Of a stretch of 64,000 nt of DNA, positions 34,110-42,411 are shown piece by piece. Each line of letters opens with the position of its first letter. Within the stretch, counting starts at the first letter, position 1. The DNA is from a virus. The notes under the pieces were generated by a model that made no database searches, had not been told where the DNA came from, and was given only the letters and a program-made list of their open reading frames with translations. The translations under genes and the position numbers were made by a program. The stretch covers positions 64,001 to 128,000 of IMG/VR virus record IMGVR_UViG_3300021399_000004. One strand, given 5' to 3'.

Positions 34110-34263
34110 AATTATTATCTAATGGTATGATCTGCTTAAACTTACAAATAGGACAATAAATAAAATGTCCCTAATAAATATCATTAAATTGATATGCTAA
34201 AAGAGCTCCACATTGTTCACAAGTAACCATGAGAGCTGGAGTTTTCTACAAAATTACCTACAT
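34072..34263 (-). CDS. Zinc-ribbon protein, 63 aa (or 52 aa from ATG 34230), in-frame TAGs
   Basis: CEQCG...CPICK. Two TAG codons fall only in the first 11 codons, one later. Confidence 0.5.
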
Positions 34264-34271
34264 CTTAAGCC

Positions 34272-34745
34272 TCAATCCCAAAGCATATAAAATTTATCTG
34301 CAATTTCTTTAAACTGTTCCCTAAGTAAATTACGTGCTTCTTCTGCAATTCGTGCAGATTCATCACAAAACTTATCCACAATATCTTTATCCTTGCAATC
34401 GGTTTGTACCCATAGCGGATACCATGGATTTCTCTTATCCTGTTCTTCTTCTGTACAAGACCTCAAATTATCAGCAGTCTTACGTAGCCATTCCTGCCAT
34501 GACTCAAAGGTCGGAAACTCATCCGTCCCAGGATAGGTATGCGTATGTTCCGCCAGATAATCAAGCATCTCCGGAATAACCTTCAAAAACCAATAATCCA
34601 TGTTCCAAGTATCGCAAGGCGCCCAACCATACTTGCCGCGCAAGTACCTCGCGCGCAAATACTTCCATAAAGAACTAAAAAATTCAAGGGGATGATGCCA
34701 AAACTTAAAAGGATACCAATCCCTAAACTCAAACATAATCGTCAA
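34272..34745 (-). CDS. Hypothetical protein, 157 aa
   Basis: Track ORF. Confidence 0.8.
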   Translation of the reverse strand: MTIMFEFRDWYPFKFWHHPLEFFSSLWKYLRARYLRGKYGWAPCDTWNMDYWFLKVIPEMLDYLAEHTHTYPGTDEFPTFESWQEWLRKTADNLRSCTEEEQDKRNPWYPLWVQTDCKDKDIVDKFCDESARIAEEARNLLREQFKEIADKFYMLWD

Positions 34746-34950
34746 CCTCCATCAAAAGAGGGAGTAGGTAATCGGGTTCCAAACCAAGTTCTTCCATAAA
34801 ATAACTTTCAACCTCATCCAAATCAGAATTGGCATCCAAATGCGCCAAATAGTCCATAAACTCCTCAACGCAATTCATCGCCTCATTCTCACTCAGACCA
34901 TCTCTCCGCATCAGAATTCTCGCTACTTCCTTCACTGCGCTCATTTTCAT
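34729..34950 (-). CDS. Acidic small protein, 73 aa
   Basis: SD GGAG 7 nt before the internal ATG of the track ORF. Confidence 0.65.
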   Translation of the reverse strand: MKMSAVKEVARILMRRDGLSENEAMNCVEEFMDYLAHLDANSDLDEVESYFMEELGLEPDYLLPLLMEVDDYV

Positions 34951-35677
34951 CACAATCTCCTGCATAATAGCCACTATAATCGATCAAAACAATCTTTCCA
35001 TTAATCATTCCGACATTACCCCAATGAATGTCGTTAATATCAAAGTCAAAGCAAAATTCAGTTAAGGCTTCAAAGTTCTCCAAACCATAGTCTTCCGCGA
35101 AATCCATACCAATTGCGGGAGCACGCTGGCAAAGCGGACTCTTGCTATTCTGAAAATACTTCTTATCGTAACTCGAAGTTCTGGGATTTTCCACATTATC
35201 AAGTTCCGCCCGCATTTGGCAGTACAACGGAATTGAAATTGTGATTTTGTACGGATCGCTCAAGTTCTTCTGAATTTTTTCGCGCCAATACTCAACATCA
35301 TCGTCATCATCCCAACCCATTACTTCCCTAACTTCACAGAAATCCCAGTACCAAATTACCTTCGTATAGGTGCCAAGGAAATAGGTGGGAGCAAGCATAT
35401 CCTCAACAGCGAAATTCTTAGCTTCTTCAAAAAATTTAGCTTCGCGCGCACAGCAACTTCCAAATTGATCTTCCGCGCAATCCCACTTCACAACCCAATC
35501 AAATTCGGGGTCGATGAGGCAGCCACGGCTAGCGCCAAACGCCAGCGTCACATCATCAACTTCCGGATAGTAATCGGCGCTGTACATGCTCTGGAAATAG
35601 GTCTTGTAGAAATCGTAATTGTCGATCATCTTATCCAGAATAGCGGCGTAATGGTTGAAGATTTCCTGCTTCTCCAT
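34889..35677 (-). CDS. Hypothetical protein, 262 aa, with kinase-like HWGN...LIDYSG motif
   Basis: SD AAAGGAG 8 nt before ATG (MEKQEIF). First gene after promoter 35709..35737. Confidence 0.75.
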   Translation of the reverse strand: MEKQEIFNHYAAILDKMIDNYDFYKTYFQSMYSADYYPEVDDVTLAFGASRGCLIDPEFDWVVKWDCAEDQFGSCCAREAKFFEEAKNFAVEDMLAPTYFLGTYTKVIWYWDFCEVREVMGWDDDDDVEYWREKIQKNLSDPYKITISIPLYCQMRAELDNVENPRTSSYDKKYFQNSKSPLCQRAPAIGMDFAEDYGLENFEALTEFCFDFDINDIHWGNVGMINGKIVLIDYSGYYAGDCDENERSEGSSENSDAERWSE

Positions 35678-35708
35678 AATTTTAACTCCTTTCCTTTGGT
35701 ACATTTAT

Positions 35709-35737
35709 ATTATACCAAAAAAATTTTTAAAAGTCAA
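35709..35737 (-). promoter_or_regulatory. SigA-type promoter of the 35.7-kb leftward operon
   Basis: TTGACT-17-TATAAT. Confidence 0.7.
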
Positions 35738-35833
35738 GTGAAAAATTTTTAAAGTTTTAAGGGGTTGAGACTGGTACATCTACTCCTGAATTAAAGAAGG
35801 AAAGTTAAGGGTAAACTATACGGCCGACAGGAC

Positions 35834-35912
35834 GTAGGGTGTAAGGGAGGGGAGGGGATGGCGGGAAAGGTGGTGGAGATAGAGGATACAAGGGGTTGGT
35901 AGTGATTTGGGG
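35834..35912 (+). other. G-rich purine tract with several G3-4 runs
   Basis: GGGTGTAAGGGAGGGGAGGGGATGGCGGGAAAGGTGGTGGAG..GGGGTTGG..TTTGGGG, all on one strand. Confidence 0.6.
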
Positions 35913-36060
35913 TATTGCAAATTTTTTCATTAAAAGTCAAATATTTAACTTAATAAATTTTTTCTTTTTTTAAAGAAAATTTTTCTTTTTAAAAAGATAA
36001 TCTTTTATAAAAATTTTTTTATTTATATTTTTCTTGTTATCCTCCGCGGTCGCTTCGCTA

Positions 36061-36164
36061 GCAAGCGCTAACGCGCTTGCGTCGCTTCGCTCCGCGTAAT
36101 ATAATTATATAGTTGTCCGAATCCTGCGCTCCGCGCAGGCTTCTCCCAACTATATAATTATATT
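36061..36164. repeat. Nested inverted repeats (cruciform-capable)
   Basis: GCAAGCGC-TAAC-GCGCTTGC at 36061-36080. Outer 18-bp arms at 36098-36115 and 36147-36164 enclose hairpin CCTGCGC-TCC-GCGCAGG at 36123-36139. Confidence 0.8.
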
Positions 36165-36194
36165 ATATATATAATATATATAATATATAAATGT

Positions 36195-36250
36195 GTGTGC
36201 GATTTCTGAGTATATATATAGGGGGAGGGGGGTACTCAAAAACCGCACAC
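36195..36250. repeat. 18-bp imperfect inverted repeat around a TATATATAGGGGGAGGGGGG loop
   Basis: GTGTGCGATTTCTGAGTA pairs with TACTCAAAAACCGCACAC (2 mismatches). Confidence 0.75.
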
Positions 36251-36333
36251 TTTTTTCATTACAATTTTTTTTATAATTATAAGAGTAAAACACAATTATT
36301 AATGTGTAGTTTACTTACATTAAAGATGAACAT

Positions 36334-36362
36334 TTGACACAGAGATAAAGCTGTGATATAAT
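36334..36362 (+). promoter_or_regulatory. SigA-type promoter
   Basis: TTGACA-17-TATAAT. Confidence 0.7.
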
Positions 36363-36378
36363 ATAATGGGGTGAAGAT

Positions 36379-37788
36379 ATGGATAATAAAATAATTCCTA
36401 TAACTGTTTCAGATTTACAGTAGCAAAATAAATTAGTTTTTCGCCGCGGCTACTATAACATTTTAGATTGCGGCATTCGCACTGGTAAAACCTATTGGGC
36501 GGTAAACAACTTACAATAGTTTACACGAGATGGGCAGCTTAATCGAATTCTTTTTCTTACAGATACAACTGCGCTAAAAGATAGCATTATTTCTTCTTAT
36601 CCGGATCAGTGTCAAGCTGCTGACATATTTTGGGAATCTACGGATCATGAATGGACTTCTGAAGATTGTAATAAGATTGGAGTTATGTGTTATCAGGCCT
36701 TAGGGATGAAGGCGATGCGAGAAGAAACAGATTGGCTTGAGCATATTGACGTTATCTGTTGGGACGAATGTGATTCAATTTTTGATTTTGCGGCGTCAGC
36801 TTTTGCGAAAGCTCGGAAGCTTGATTATGCGAAAAAGTCCAGCTCGAATGGCGAAATATTAAGTCTTATTCAAGAGCATTCGACTAGGAAAGAATATATG
36901 CCTTTGGCGCTTTTGGGCTTTTGGGAGAATATTATTCAAGAGAATCGCATCCTTTGTATTGGTTTGTCTGCTTCTCCAGACGCAGCTCGTGATTTTTATG
37001 CATCTTTAGTTAGTGCAAGTAATTAGGGTAAACTGGAGACCAGCTTCCGCGCCACTACAGATATATATTATAAAAATATTTTAGATCATGTGCGCGAGCT
37101 CATACCTGTCCCAGGTATTGGATATTGGTGTTTCTCGCCCTCTATAACACATAATTTGAGTATTGTGCGTGCAGCTTAGGAGCAAGGATTTCATGCCATA
37201 GAGATCCATTCGGAAAATAATGCTGATGTGCCTTTAAACGCAGAATAGCAGCGAGTAATTAATTGTATTAAAACTATGCACTTAGTACCTTTTGAATATG
37301 ATTTTGTTGTAGTCACTCGTGCATTTGAAAGAGGGATAGATATATCAGATCCACGTTTTAAACATTTAATTATTGATTCTTATTATCGTACTGATAGAAT
37401 ACAAGCAGCTCGTTAGACATTCCCGTATTAGCGTCATGTAAAGGTGCTGGCCAGTGCTGTTCCAGAAAGCTTTATGAACCGTTGGATTACAGCTCAAGAA
37501 GGCCGCGAATTGGCAGAGTATATGGCAGTCCCAGATGTGGATATAAATAACTCCGCGAATGGACGAGGCCAATCGCGGATAATGACTTGGAATAAGTTGC
37601 AAACTTTATTACCTACAATGGGGTATACTGTAGAAAAGAAACGAAAGCGCGTTAATGGGAGCGCGAATGCTTTAAATTGTTGTATGATTACTGGGTAGTG
37701 GCGTGATGTCGAAGTTACTAAAACACATGATTTTATGGAGCTCGTCGCGGCAAAAACTGCTGATGAATTATTGAAGCTGGATGAATAA
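36379..37788 (+). CDS. SF2 (DEAD/DEAH-like) helicase/ATPase, 469 aa, 8 in-frame TAG
   Basis: Same-frame ORFs 36685..37026 and 37444..37698 are joined. Walker A CGIRTGKT, Walker B ICWDECD, GLSASP, TRAFERGIDI. Ends TAA TAA at 37786. Confidence 0.8.
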
Positions 37789-37810
37789 TAAATTCCAGCT
37801 TCTTTTTTTT
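37773..37810 (+). terminator. Rho-independent terminator
   Basis: Stem GAAGCTGGA / TCCAGCTTC followed by T8. Confidence 0.7.
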
Positions 37811-37930
37811 ATTTTATAGCGGTTTTTCCTATTTTGTGGAAAGAATCATGTAAAGTCAAATACTTGACTTTCCCGCGAACACTCGTTCAAGAGCTAAAAT
37901 TTCGTTAATCAGAATCATTAAAAAGTGGTC

Positions 37931-37985
37931 ATTTTCACTACGATTTTCACTACAAAATCGGGGGATCGGATCGGATTTTCACTAC
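37931..37985. repeat. Direct repeats ATTTTCACTAC x3
   Basis: Copies at 37931, 37943 and 37975. Confidence 0.8.
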
Positions 37986-37992
37986 GATTTTT

Positions 37993-38053
37993 CTCCAGCT
38001 TCTCCAGCTTATCCAGCTTCCAGGTTGGTAAATTTTTCCAGCTTATCCAGCTT
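37993..38053. repeat. 9-bp tandem repeats (C/A)TCCAGCTT x3 + x2
   Basis: 37993-38019 and 38036-38053. The same TCCAGCTTC also forms the helicase terminator stem. Confidence 0.8.
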
Positions 38054-38134
38054 GTGGGAGGGGAGGTAAAATTTTTTAGTTGGAGTGGTTAGTAAAATAT
38101 TTGACATGGGTTGAATACTTGACATTTTAAGAAG

Positions 38135-38154
38135 TTAGATGTTCAAACATCTAA
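38135..38154. repeat. 20-bp palindrome TTAGATGT-N4-ACATCTAA, copy 1/38
   Basis: Arms exact, centre TCAA. Precedes a + strand promoter. Confidence 0.95.
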
Positions 38155-38173
38155 CTTAAGGTGAATATAGGTC

Positions 38174-38202
38174 TTGACAAAATCAATGTTTTTTAGTATA
38201 CT
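38174..38202 (+). promoter_or_regulatory. SigA-type promoter
   Basis: TTGACA-17-TATACT, followed by the GTTCC-GAG-GGAAC hairpin. Confidence 0.7.
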
Positions 38203-38244
38203 CTAATTGTTCCGAGGGAACGAAATAAAAACCTGGAGGTAAGG

Positions 38245-38634
38245 TTGAGTATGATGTACATGCTGATTGGTTGGACTGACGGTTTCGGTAACGATGCTTA
38301 CGTGAAGAGCGTCTATCAGACGAGGGAAGAGGCACTCGCGGCGGCGATGCTGGATGATGAGATCCCTGACAAAGTTATTCCGTTTGAGTTTGGAGAAGCG
38401 ATTGATTTTGACTATGATGCGGCGGAAGATCTTGTGGAAAGGAAAGAAGAAATCGACTGGTTGCTTGTGGCTATAAACGCGGTGGATGATGATAAGTTTT
38501 ACTCCTTGCACGAAGAATGGTTTAATACTGGCTGCAATGAAGAAGAGGGAGACGGAGATGACGTTGATAAGTTAATTGCAAATCATAAAGATTGGCTGGA
38601 AGAATACTACAAAGAAAAGGGCGGCAAAATTTAA
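38245..38634 (+). CDS. Highly acidic protein, about 128 aa (DNA-mimic-like composition)
   Basis: SD GGAGG. TTG 38245 or ATG 38251. Asp/Glu-rich throughout. GC hairpin after the stop. Confidence 0.8.
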   Translation: MSMMYMLIGWTDGFGNDAYVKSVYQTREEALAAAMLDDEIPDKVIPFEFGEAIDFDYDAAEDLVERKEEIDWLLVAINAVDDDKFYSLHEEWFNTGCNEEEGDGDDVDKLIANHKDWLEEYYKEKGGKI

Positions 38635-38686
38635 GGGAGGCTATGGCCTCCTGGCCGGCCCGCTTCCAAATAAATTTCTCAAACCT

Positions 38687-38715
38687 CTGACAATCTATCT
38701 CACCTATGTTATAAT
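38687..38715 (+). promoter_or_regulatory. SigA-type promoter
   Basis: CTGACA-17-TATAAT. Confidence 0.6.
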
Positions 38716-38764
38716 GAACATGTTGAAAGCAGAAGGACACTGCTCAAACCGGAAAGGAAAGACT

Positions 38765-38959
38765 ATGGAAAAGAACACTAACTCTCGCAACGGCATCGGT
38801 TTTACTGGCCTGCTTACCATTGCTTTCATTGTGTTGAAGCTGTGCGGCGTGATTACTTGGTCTTGGGTATGGGTTCTGTCTCCGATTTGGATTTCTGTTG
38901 GGATTGCTCTGATTGCTACTGGGCTGCTGGTGATTGTCCATCTTATCCGGAAGCATTGA
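38765..38959 (+). CDS. Two-TM membrane protein, 64 aa
   Basis: SD GGAAAGGAAAG. Internal ATG of track ORF 38576..38959. Confidence 0.75.
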   Translation: MEKNTNSRNGIGFTGLLTIAFIVLKLCGVITWSWVWVLSPIWISVGIALIATGLLVIVHLIRKH

Positions 38960-38974
38960 GCATATGAGTATAAT

Positions 38975-38999
38975 AAAAAAGCCGGTCACCGGCTTTTTA
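38975..38999. terminator. Bidirectional terminator
   Basis: AAAAAGCCGGT-CA-CCGGCTTTTT. Confidence 0.8.
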
Positions 39000-39011
39000 T
39001 TTAGGACGCAT

Positions 39012-39031
39012 TTAGATGTTTAAACATCTAA
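39012..39031. repeat. 20-bp palindrome, copy 2/38
   Basis: Arms exact, centre TTAA. Confidence 0.95.
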
Positions 39032-39075
39032 AATCCTTTATAAAAAAAGTTAGGTTTCCCTAACTTTATAGTTTA

Positions 39076-39330
39076 TTATTTATACAAAAGGCACAGGAAG
39101 TAAACATTGAGGACAACGCTGGAGAGGTGCATGAGCACGTCATTGACGTGCCTGTGCTGCGACAAGTCCTTGCATACACCGAATAGCGCAATCGCAAGGC
39201 CGAACCATGAGACTTGAAGGCCGAAGAGCATAATCAGGACTACATTCAGGATAGTGATTCCGCACCGAAGATCATTCCATTCAAAGCGATACGGCATTGA
39301 AATGCCAAACCAGTTCTTTACTCGCTCCAT
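39076..39330 (-). CDS. Membrane protein, 84 aa
   Basis: Track ORF. ATG overlaps the upstream TAA (TAATG). SD GGAGGA. Confidence 0.8.
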   Translation of the reverse strand: MERVKNWFGISMPYRFEWNDLRCGITILNVVLIMLFGLQVSWFGLAIALFGVCKDLSQHRHVNDVLMHLSSVVLNVYFLCLLYK

Positions 39331-39623
39331 TATTCGTTATCCTCCATCGTGTCCTCGTAGCCGTAAACGTCACCCGCCCAACGGATTTCATCTTCTGCAA
39401 AATCCGTAGGGGCATCGGGATCAACGTCATCCGCGGCAAGCCAGTCTTCCCAAGTGGGGAAGAAGGCGTAGAAATCATCGCACGCTTCAATCGGATCTTC
39501 CATGTGGCACAGATTGCACTGGTCGCAGTAGGGGCAATCGCCATAGGCATTAACAGGGCAGTACACGGGGTCGCCGTTGCGGTAGCCGTCAGTTTCGTAG
39601 TGGTAATCCTTCATCGTGAACAT
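39330..39623 (-). CDS. Acidic Cys-rich protein, 97 aa
   Basis: Internal ATG (MFTMKDY) after GGAAAGGA. Confidence 0.75.
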   Translation of the reverse strand: MFTMKDYHYETDGYRNGDPVYCPVNAYGDCPYCDQCNLCHMEDPIEACDDFYAFFPTWEDWLAADDVDPDAPTDFAEDEIRWAGDVYGYEDTMEDNE

Positions 39624-39663
39624 ATCTGTCAATCCTTTCCGTTCCTCTCTCGGGAACAATGCT

Positions 39664-39692
39664 ATTATAGCATGGAGGTTAGTATTTGTCAA
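39664..39692 (-). promoter_or_regulatory. SigA-type promoter
   Basis: TTGACA-17-TATAAT. Confidence 0.7.
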
Positions 39693-39701
39693 GGGATAGA
39701 A

Positions 39702-39721
39702 TTAGATGTTTAAACATCTAA
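39702..39721. repeat. 20-bp palindrome, copy 3/38
   Basis: Arms exact, centre TTAA. Confidence 0.95.
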
Positions 39722-39758
39722 CCTTGTTTAAGAGAAAAGCCGCCGGGGCGGCGGTATA

Positions 39759-40229
39759 TTAGTCTGTGTTTCGGTCATTAAGGGTAAAAGAAATCTCTGT
39801 CCACCCATCAGAACAATTGCCTAATTCTTTGGTGAAGCCTTCAAGTTCAAACTTATCCATGAGGAAACTTCGCATTTCTCCTCCCCACCAAGCACAATTA
39901 ACTTTCCAAAATCTGCGGTCTTTCAGTTTTAGATATTTCTTTGCAAGTTTAATATTCCAACCAAGGCCGTTGTCATAGAAGTAAAAGGTTTTATTTTCGG
40001 CGTCCCATTCAGAGTTACGAGGAATGTAATAGTTTAGAATTTTAGCCGCACGTTCTTCATTCCAATTCTCTTTGCTGTTAAGCCATACATGAATTTTTTT
40101 AAGCATGAGACTGCCAATCCAAAATGGAAACAGAATTACACGAAGAATCTTGTAACTATTCTTGTTCCACCACTTGCGAATCTTGTGTTCTTTCTTGCCC
40201 CGCATCGCCTTGATAACTTCATTTGTCAT
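39759..40229 (-). CDS. Hypothetical protein with N-terminal TM, 156 aa
   Basis: Track ORF. SD AGAAAGGAAG. GC hairpin at the stop. Confidence 0.85.
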   Translation of the reverse strand: MTNEVIKAMRGKKEHKIRKWWNKNSYKILRVILFPFWIGSLMLKKIHVWLNSKENWNEERAAKILNYYIPRNSEWDAENKTFYFYDNGLGWNIKLAKKYLKLKDRRFWKVNCAWWGGEMRSFLMDKFELEGFTKELGNCSDGWTEISFTLNDRNTD

Positions 40230-40264
40230 AGTGGTTACTTCCTTTCTGTCCTTTGGACAGATTT

Positions 40265-40293
40265 ATTATAGTATAGAATAAAGAGAAAGTCAA
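40265..40293 (-). promoter_or_regulatory. SigA-type promoter
   Basis: TTGACT-17-TATAAT. Confidence 0.7.
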
Positions 40294-40302
40294 GTAGGAA
40301 TA

Positions 40303-40322
40303 TTAGATGTTTAAACATCTAA
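40303..40322. repeat. 20-bp palindrome, copy 4/38
   Basis: Arms exact, centre TTAA. Confidence 0.95.
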
Positions 40323-40364
40323 TGGGCTGGCCAGGTGACGGTATGATCGCCACCTAATACATTT

Positions 40365-40640
40365 TTAGTCTGTTTCCTTCTCATTTCGATGATACAATGT
40401 GTTAATAGTTTTACCTTCAGGAAGAGCGGCCAACCTCTTAATCCGCACATATTGCCAACGGTCATGAAGCAAGATAGCAGATCGGTAATCATAGTAAGTA
40501 GTGATAGTGTCTGTTTTCTGTGAATTGTAGACTAAAACACGTTCATCGTTAGCGAGATATTCATACAGTCCGTTTTCATAATCTACACGACAGAAGTCGG
40601 GTTGATGATAGTACACTTCCTTGCGCTTATGACTTTTCAT
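40365..40640 (-). CDS. Hypothetical protein, 91 aa
   Basis: Track ORF. SD AAGAAAGGGG. Confidence 0.85.
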   Translation of the reverse strand: MKSHKRKEVYYHQPDFCRVDYENGLYEYLANDERVLVYNSQKTDTITTYYDYRSAILLHDRWQYVRIKRLAALPEGKTINTLYHRNEKETD

Positions 40641-40680
40641 ACTTAGTATCCCCTTTCTTGTTCGGAGAGTGTCCTTCTCT

Positions 40681-40770
40681 TTACTTGTTTTTGTTATTCA
40701 TCAGTTGAATGATTGAGCAGACAATGATTGCGACTTGACAGATGACGATGATGACGGTTCTGGTGGTCAT
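40681..40770 (-). CDS. Hydrophobic peptide, 29 aa
   Basis: SD AGAAAGGAAC. ATG to TAA. First ORF after promoter 40812..40840. Confidence 0.5.
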   Translation of the reverse strand: MTTRTVIIVICQVAIIVCSIIQLMNNKNK

Positions 40771-40811
40771 AGTGGCGTTCCTTTCTGTTTCTCTCTTTCA
40801 GGAACAACTGT

Positions 40812-40840
40812 ATTATAGCATAGGTTGTGGCGATTGTCAA
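40812..40840 (-). promoter_or_regulatory. SigA-type promoter
   Basis: TTGACA-17-TATAAT. Confidence 0.7.
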
Positions 40841-40849
40841 GAGTTTTTT

Positions 40850-41005
40850 TCAAACTGCGCGCCATTCTCCTGTATTTGCGTCTTTAATAAATTCAACCGC
40901 AGGAATATAAATGTAGTTATCTTCGATGATTTCATATTCGGGGAAAGCATTGGGATTGGTTTCAAGAGTGTTATTGATGAAGGTGATGATTTCTTCGCGC
41001 GTCAT
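40850..41005 (-). CDS. Hypothetical protein, 51 aa
   Basis: Conserved leader plus SD AGAAAGGGG. ATG to TGA. Below the track cutoff. Confidence 0.65.
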   Translation of the reverse strand: MTREEIITFINNTLETNPNAFPEYEIIEDNYIYIPAVEFIKDANTGEWRAV

Positions 41006-41053
41006 TTGGTTCCCCTTTCTGGTTTATGGTGTTTTCCTTCACCTTTCAATGAT

Positions 41054-41082
41054 AGTATATCATAAGATACATTTTTTGTCAA
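41054..41082 (-). promoter_or_regulatory. SigA-type promoter
   Basis: TTGACA-17-TATACT. Confidence 0.7.
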
Positions 41083-41119
41083 GGGGTTTTGAAAATTTTT
41101 TGGCGGGCCGGTCTGTAGG

Positions 41120-41139
41120 TTAGATGTTCAAACATCTAA
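41120..41139. repeat. 20-bp palindrome, copy 5/38
   Basis: Arms exact, centre TCAA. Confidence 0.95.
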
Positions 41140-41187
41140 ATTGGTTCCGGTTAAGCGTGTCTAACTCTTGCATAAAAGAAAAGCCCC

Positions 41188-42198
41188 TTAGTAGGGGCAG
41201 ACGGTGTTTGTGTATTCAGCAAGGCGGTGAAGTTTGTTAATAAGACTTGCGCAATAGTTGCTAATGGTGTCACTTTCCATTTTTGCGTCAAGGTAGGCAG
41301 AAATTGCGTTATAGACCGTTTCGCACTCTTCCATTTTAGGGGTTTTGCGGCGAGTGACAAAATCTACGGTGTCGCCAAGATCACGGAATGGGAAATATTT
41401 GATACCAATTGATACGGCGTGACGCTTTGCAATGCGGGAAAGAATATAAGTTTCAATAATGGCATCGTCCAGGGCTGTGTGACTCTCTATGAAATCATAT
41501 TTGTTACAGAGATATTGATAAGTAGTTTCGGCGCTGGTCTTGAAATAAGTTCCGGAGGCGGTCAGTAGGCCATGTTTGAGGCACTCGGTTTTATAGGTGG
41601 CATTATTCAGAAGATGAGAAGTAGCAAGCCCCCAAAGGTCAAAGAGCGGATAGGTTTCGCCGCGGAAAGTGAAGGCGTCCGGGTTAAAGTCTTTGTCAGA
41701 ATCTTTCTTGTAGGGTTCATTCGCAATCTTCCGGCAGAGATTTTTTTGAATCTGTTCCCACTTCTGATAGTCGGGGCTGTACAGTTTGCGAATATACAAT
41801 TCAGTGAACGGGATGGCCTTCTTAAAGTCAAACATTGCGTTAAAGGCTCCAACAGCGTCAACTTTGTGCAAGTCGTTAATGAAAATTTCCATGACCGTAT
41901 CCCACGGGGCAAGAACGGTTTCTTTATTTTCCAGCATTGCCAGATACCGAGGGCGCTTTTCCGCATAATAGGCGGTATTGAATACGGCGGGAACGGCGAA
42001 CGTTTCGGCAATCAGAAATTGCTTGTTTTCCAGAATATCGCCCTGCCGGTTAGTAATAGTCCAGCCAATATCGTAAATGAGCGGCCTTGCAATAGCGATC
42101 TTCTTCTTCTTTTCGGGATCACCGTCGGCAATTTCAGAGGCGAACGGGAGGGTAGCGGTTTCGGTATCGACAACCATGTACAGACGGCGCTTGCTCAT
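41188..42198 (-). CDS. DEDDh (DnaQ-like) 3'-5' exonuclease, 336 aa
   Basis: Exo motifs VVDTETA, AFNAMFDF and HTALDDAIIE. Paralog of 50141..50902. Confidence 0.85.
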   Translation of the reverse strand: MSKRRLYMVVDTETATLPFASEIADGDPEKKKKIAIARPLIYDIGWTITNRQGDILENKQFLIAETFAVPAVFNTAYYAEKRPRYLAMLENKETVLAPWDTVMEIFINDLHKVDAVGAFNAMFDFKKAIPFTELYIRKLYSPDYQKWEQIQKNLCRKIANEPYKKDSDKDFNPDAFTFRGETYPLFDLWGLATSHLLNNATYKTECLKHGLLTASGTYFKTSAETTYQYLCNKYDFIESHTALDDAIIETYILSRIAKRHAVSIGIKYFPFRDLGDTVDFVTRRKTPKMEECETVYNAISAYLDAKMESDTISNYCASLINKLHRLAEYTNTVCPY

Positions 42199-42249
42199 AC
42201 GGCAGAAGTCCTTTCCGGTTTGAAGTGTTTTCCTTCACTTGATGGGTAC

Positions 42250-42278
42250 AGTATAACATAAGCGGTGATAAAAGTCAA
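42250..42278 (-). promoter_or_regulatory. SigA-type promoter
   Basis: TTGACT-17-TATACT. Confidence 0.7.
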
Positions 42279-42308
42279 TAGGGAAATTTGATGGGCATAG
42301 CCGTATTA

Positions 42309-42328
42309 TTAGATGTTCAAACATCTAA
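42309..42328. repeat. 20-bp palindrome, copy 6/38 (between divergent promoters)
   Basis: Arms exact, centre TCAA. Confidence 0.95.
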
Positions 42329-42357
42329 AAATGTTGAAGGAAAATTAAAAATATGGA

Positions 42358-42385
42358 TTGACTTTTTTATAAAGTCGAGTATAAT
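42358..42385 (+). promoter_or_regulatory. SigA-type promoter
   Basis: TTGACT-16-TATAAT. Confidence 0.65.
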
Positions 42386-42411
42386 ATAATTGTACCAAGA
42401 GAAAGGAGCCA

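Noticed and set aside
41572-42261. A 229-aa + strand ORF opposite the exonuclease gene, together with ORFs 41607..42011 and 41786..41968.
   Set aside because: They are antisense or off-frame to a gene with clear DEDDh motifs, a promoter and an SD. They have no start signals of their own.
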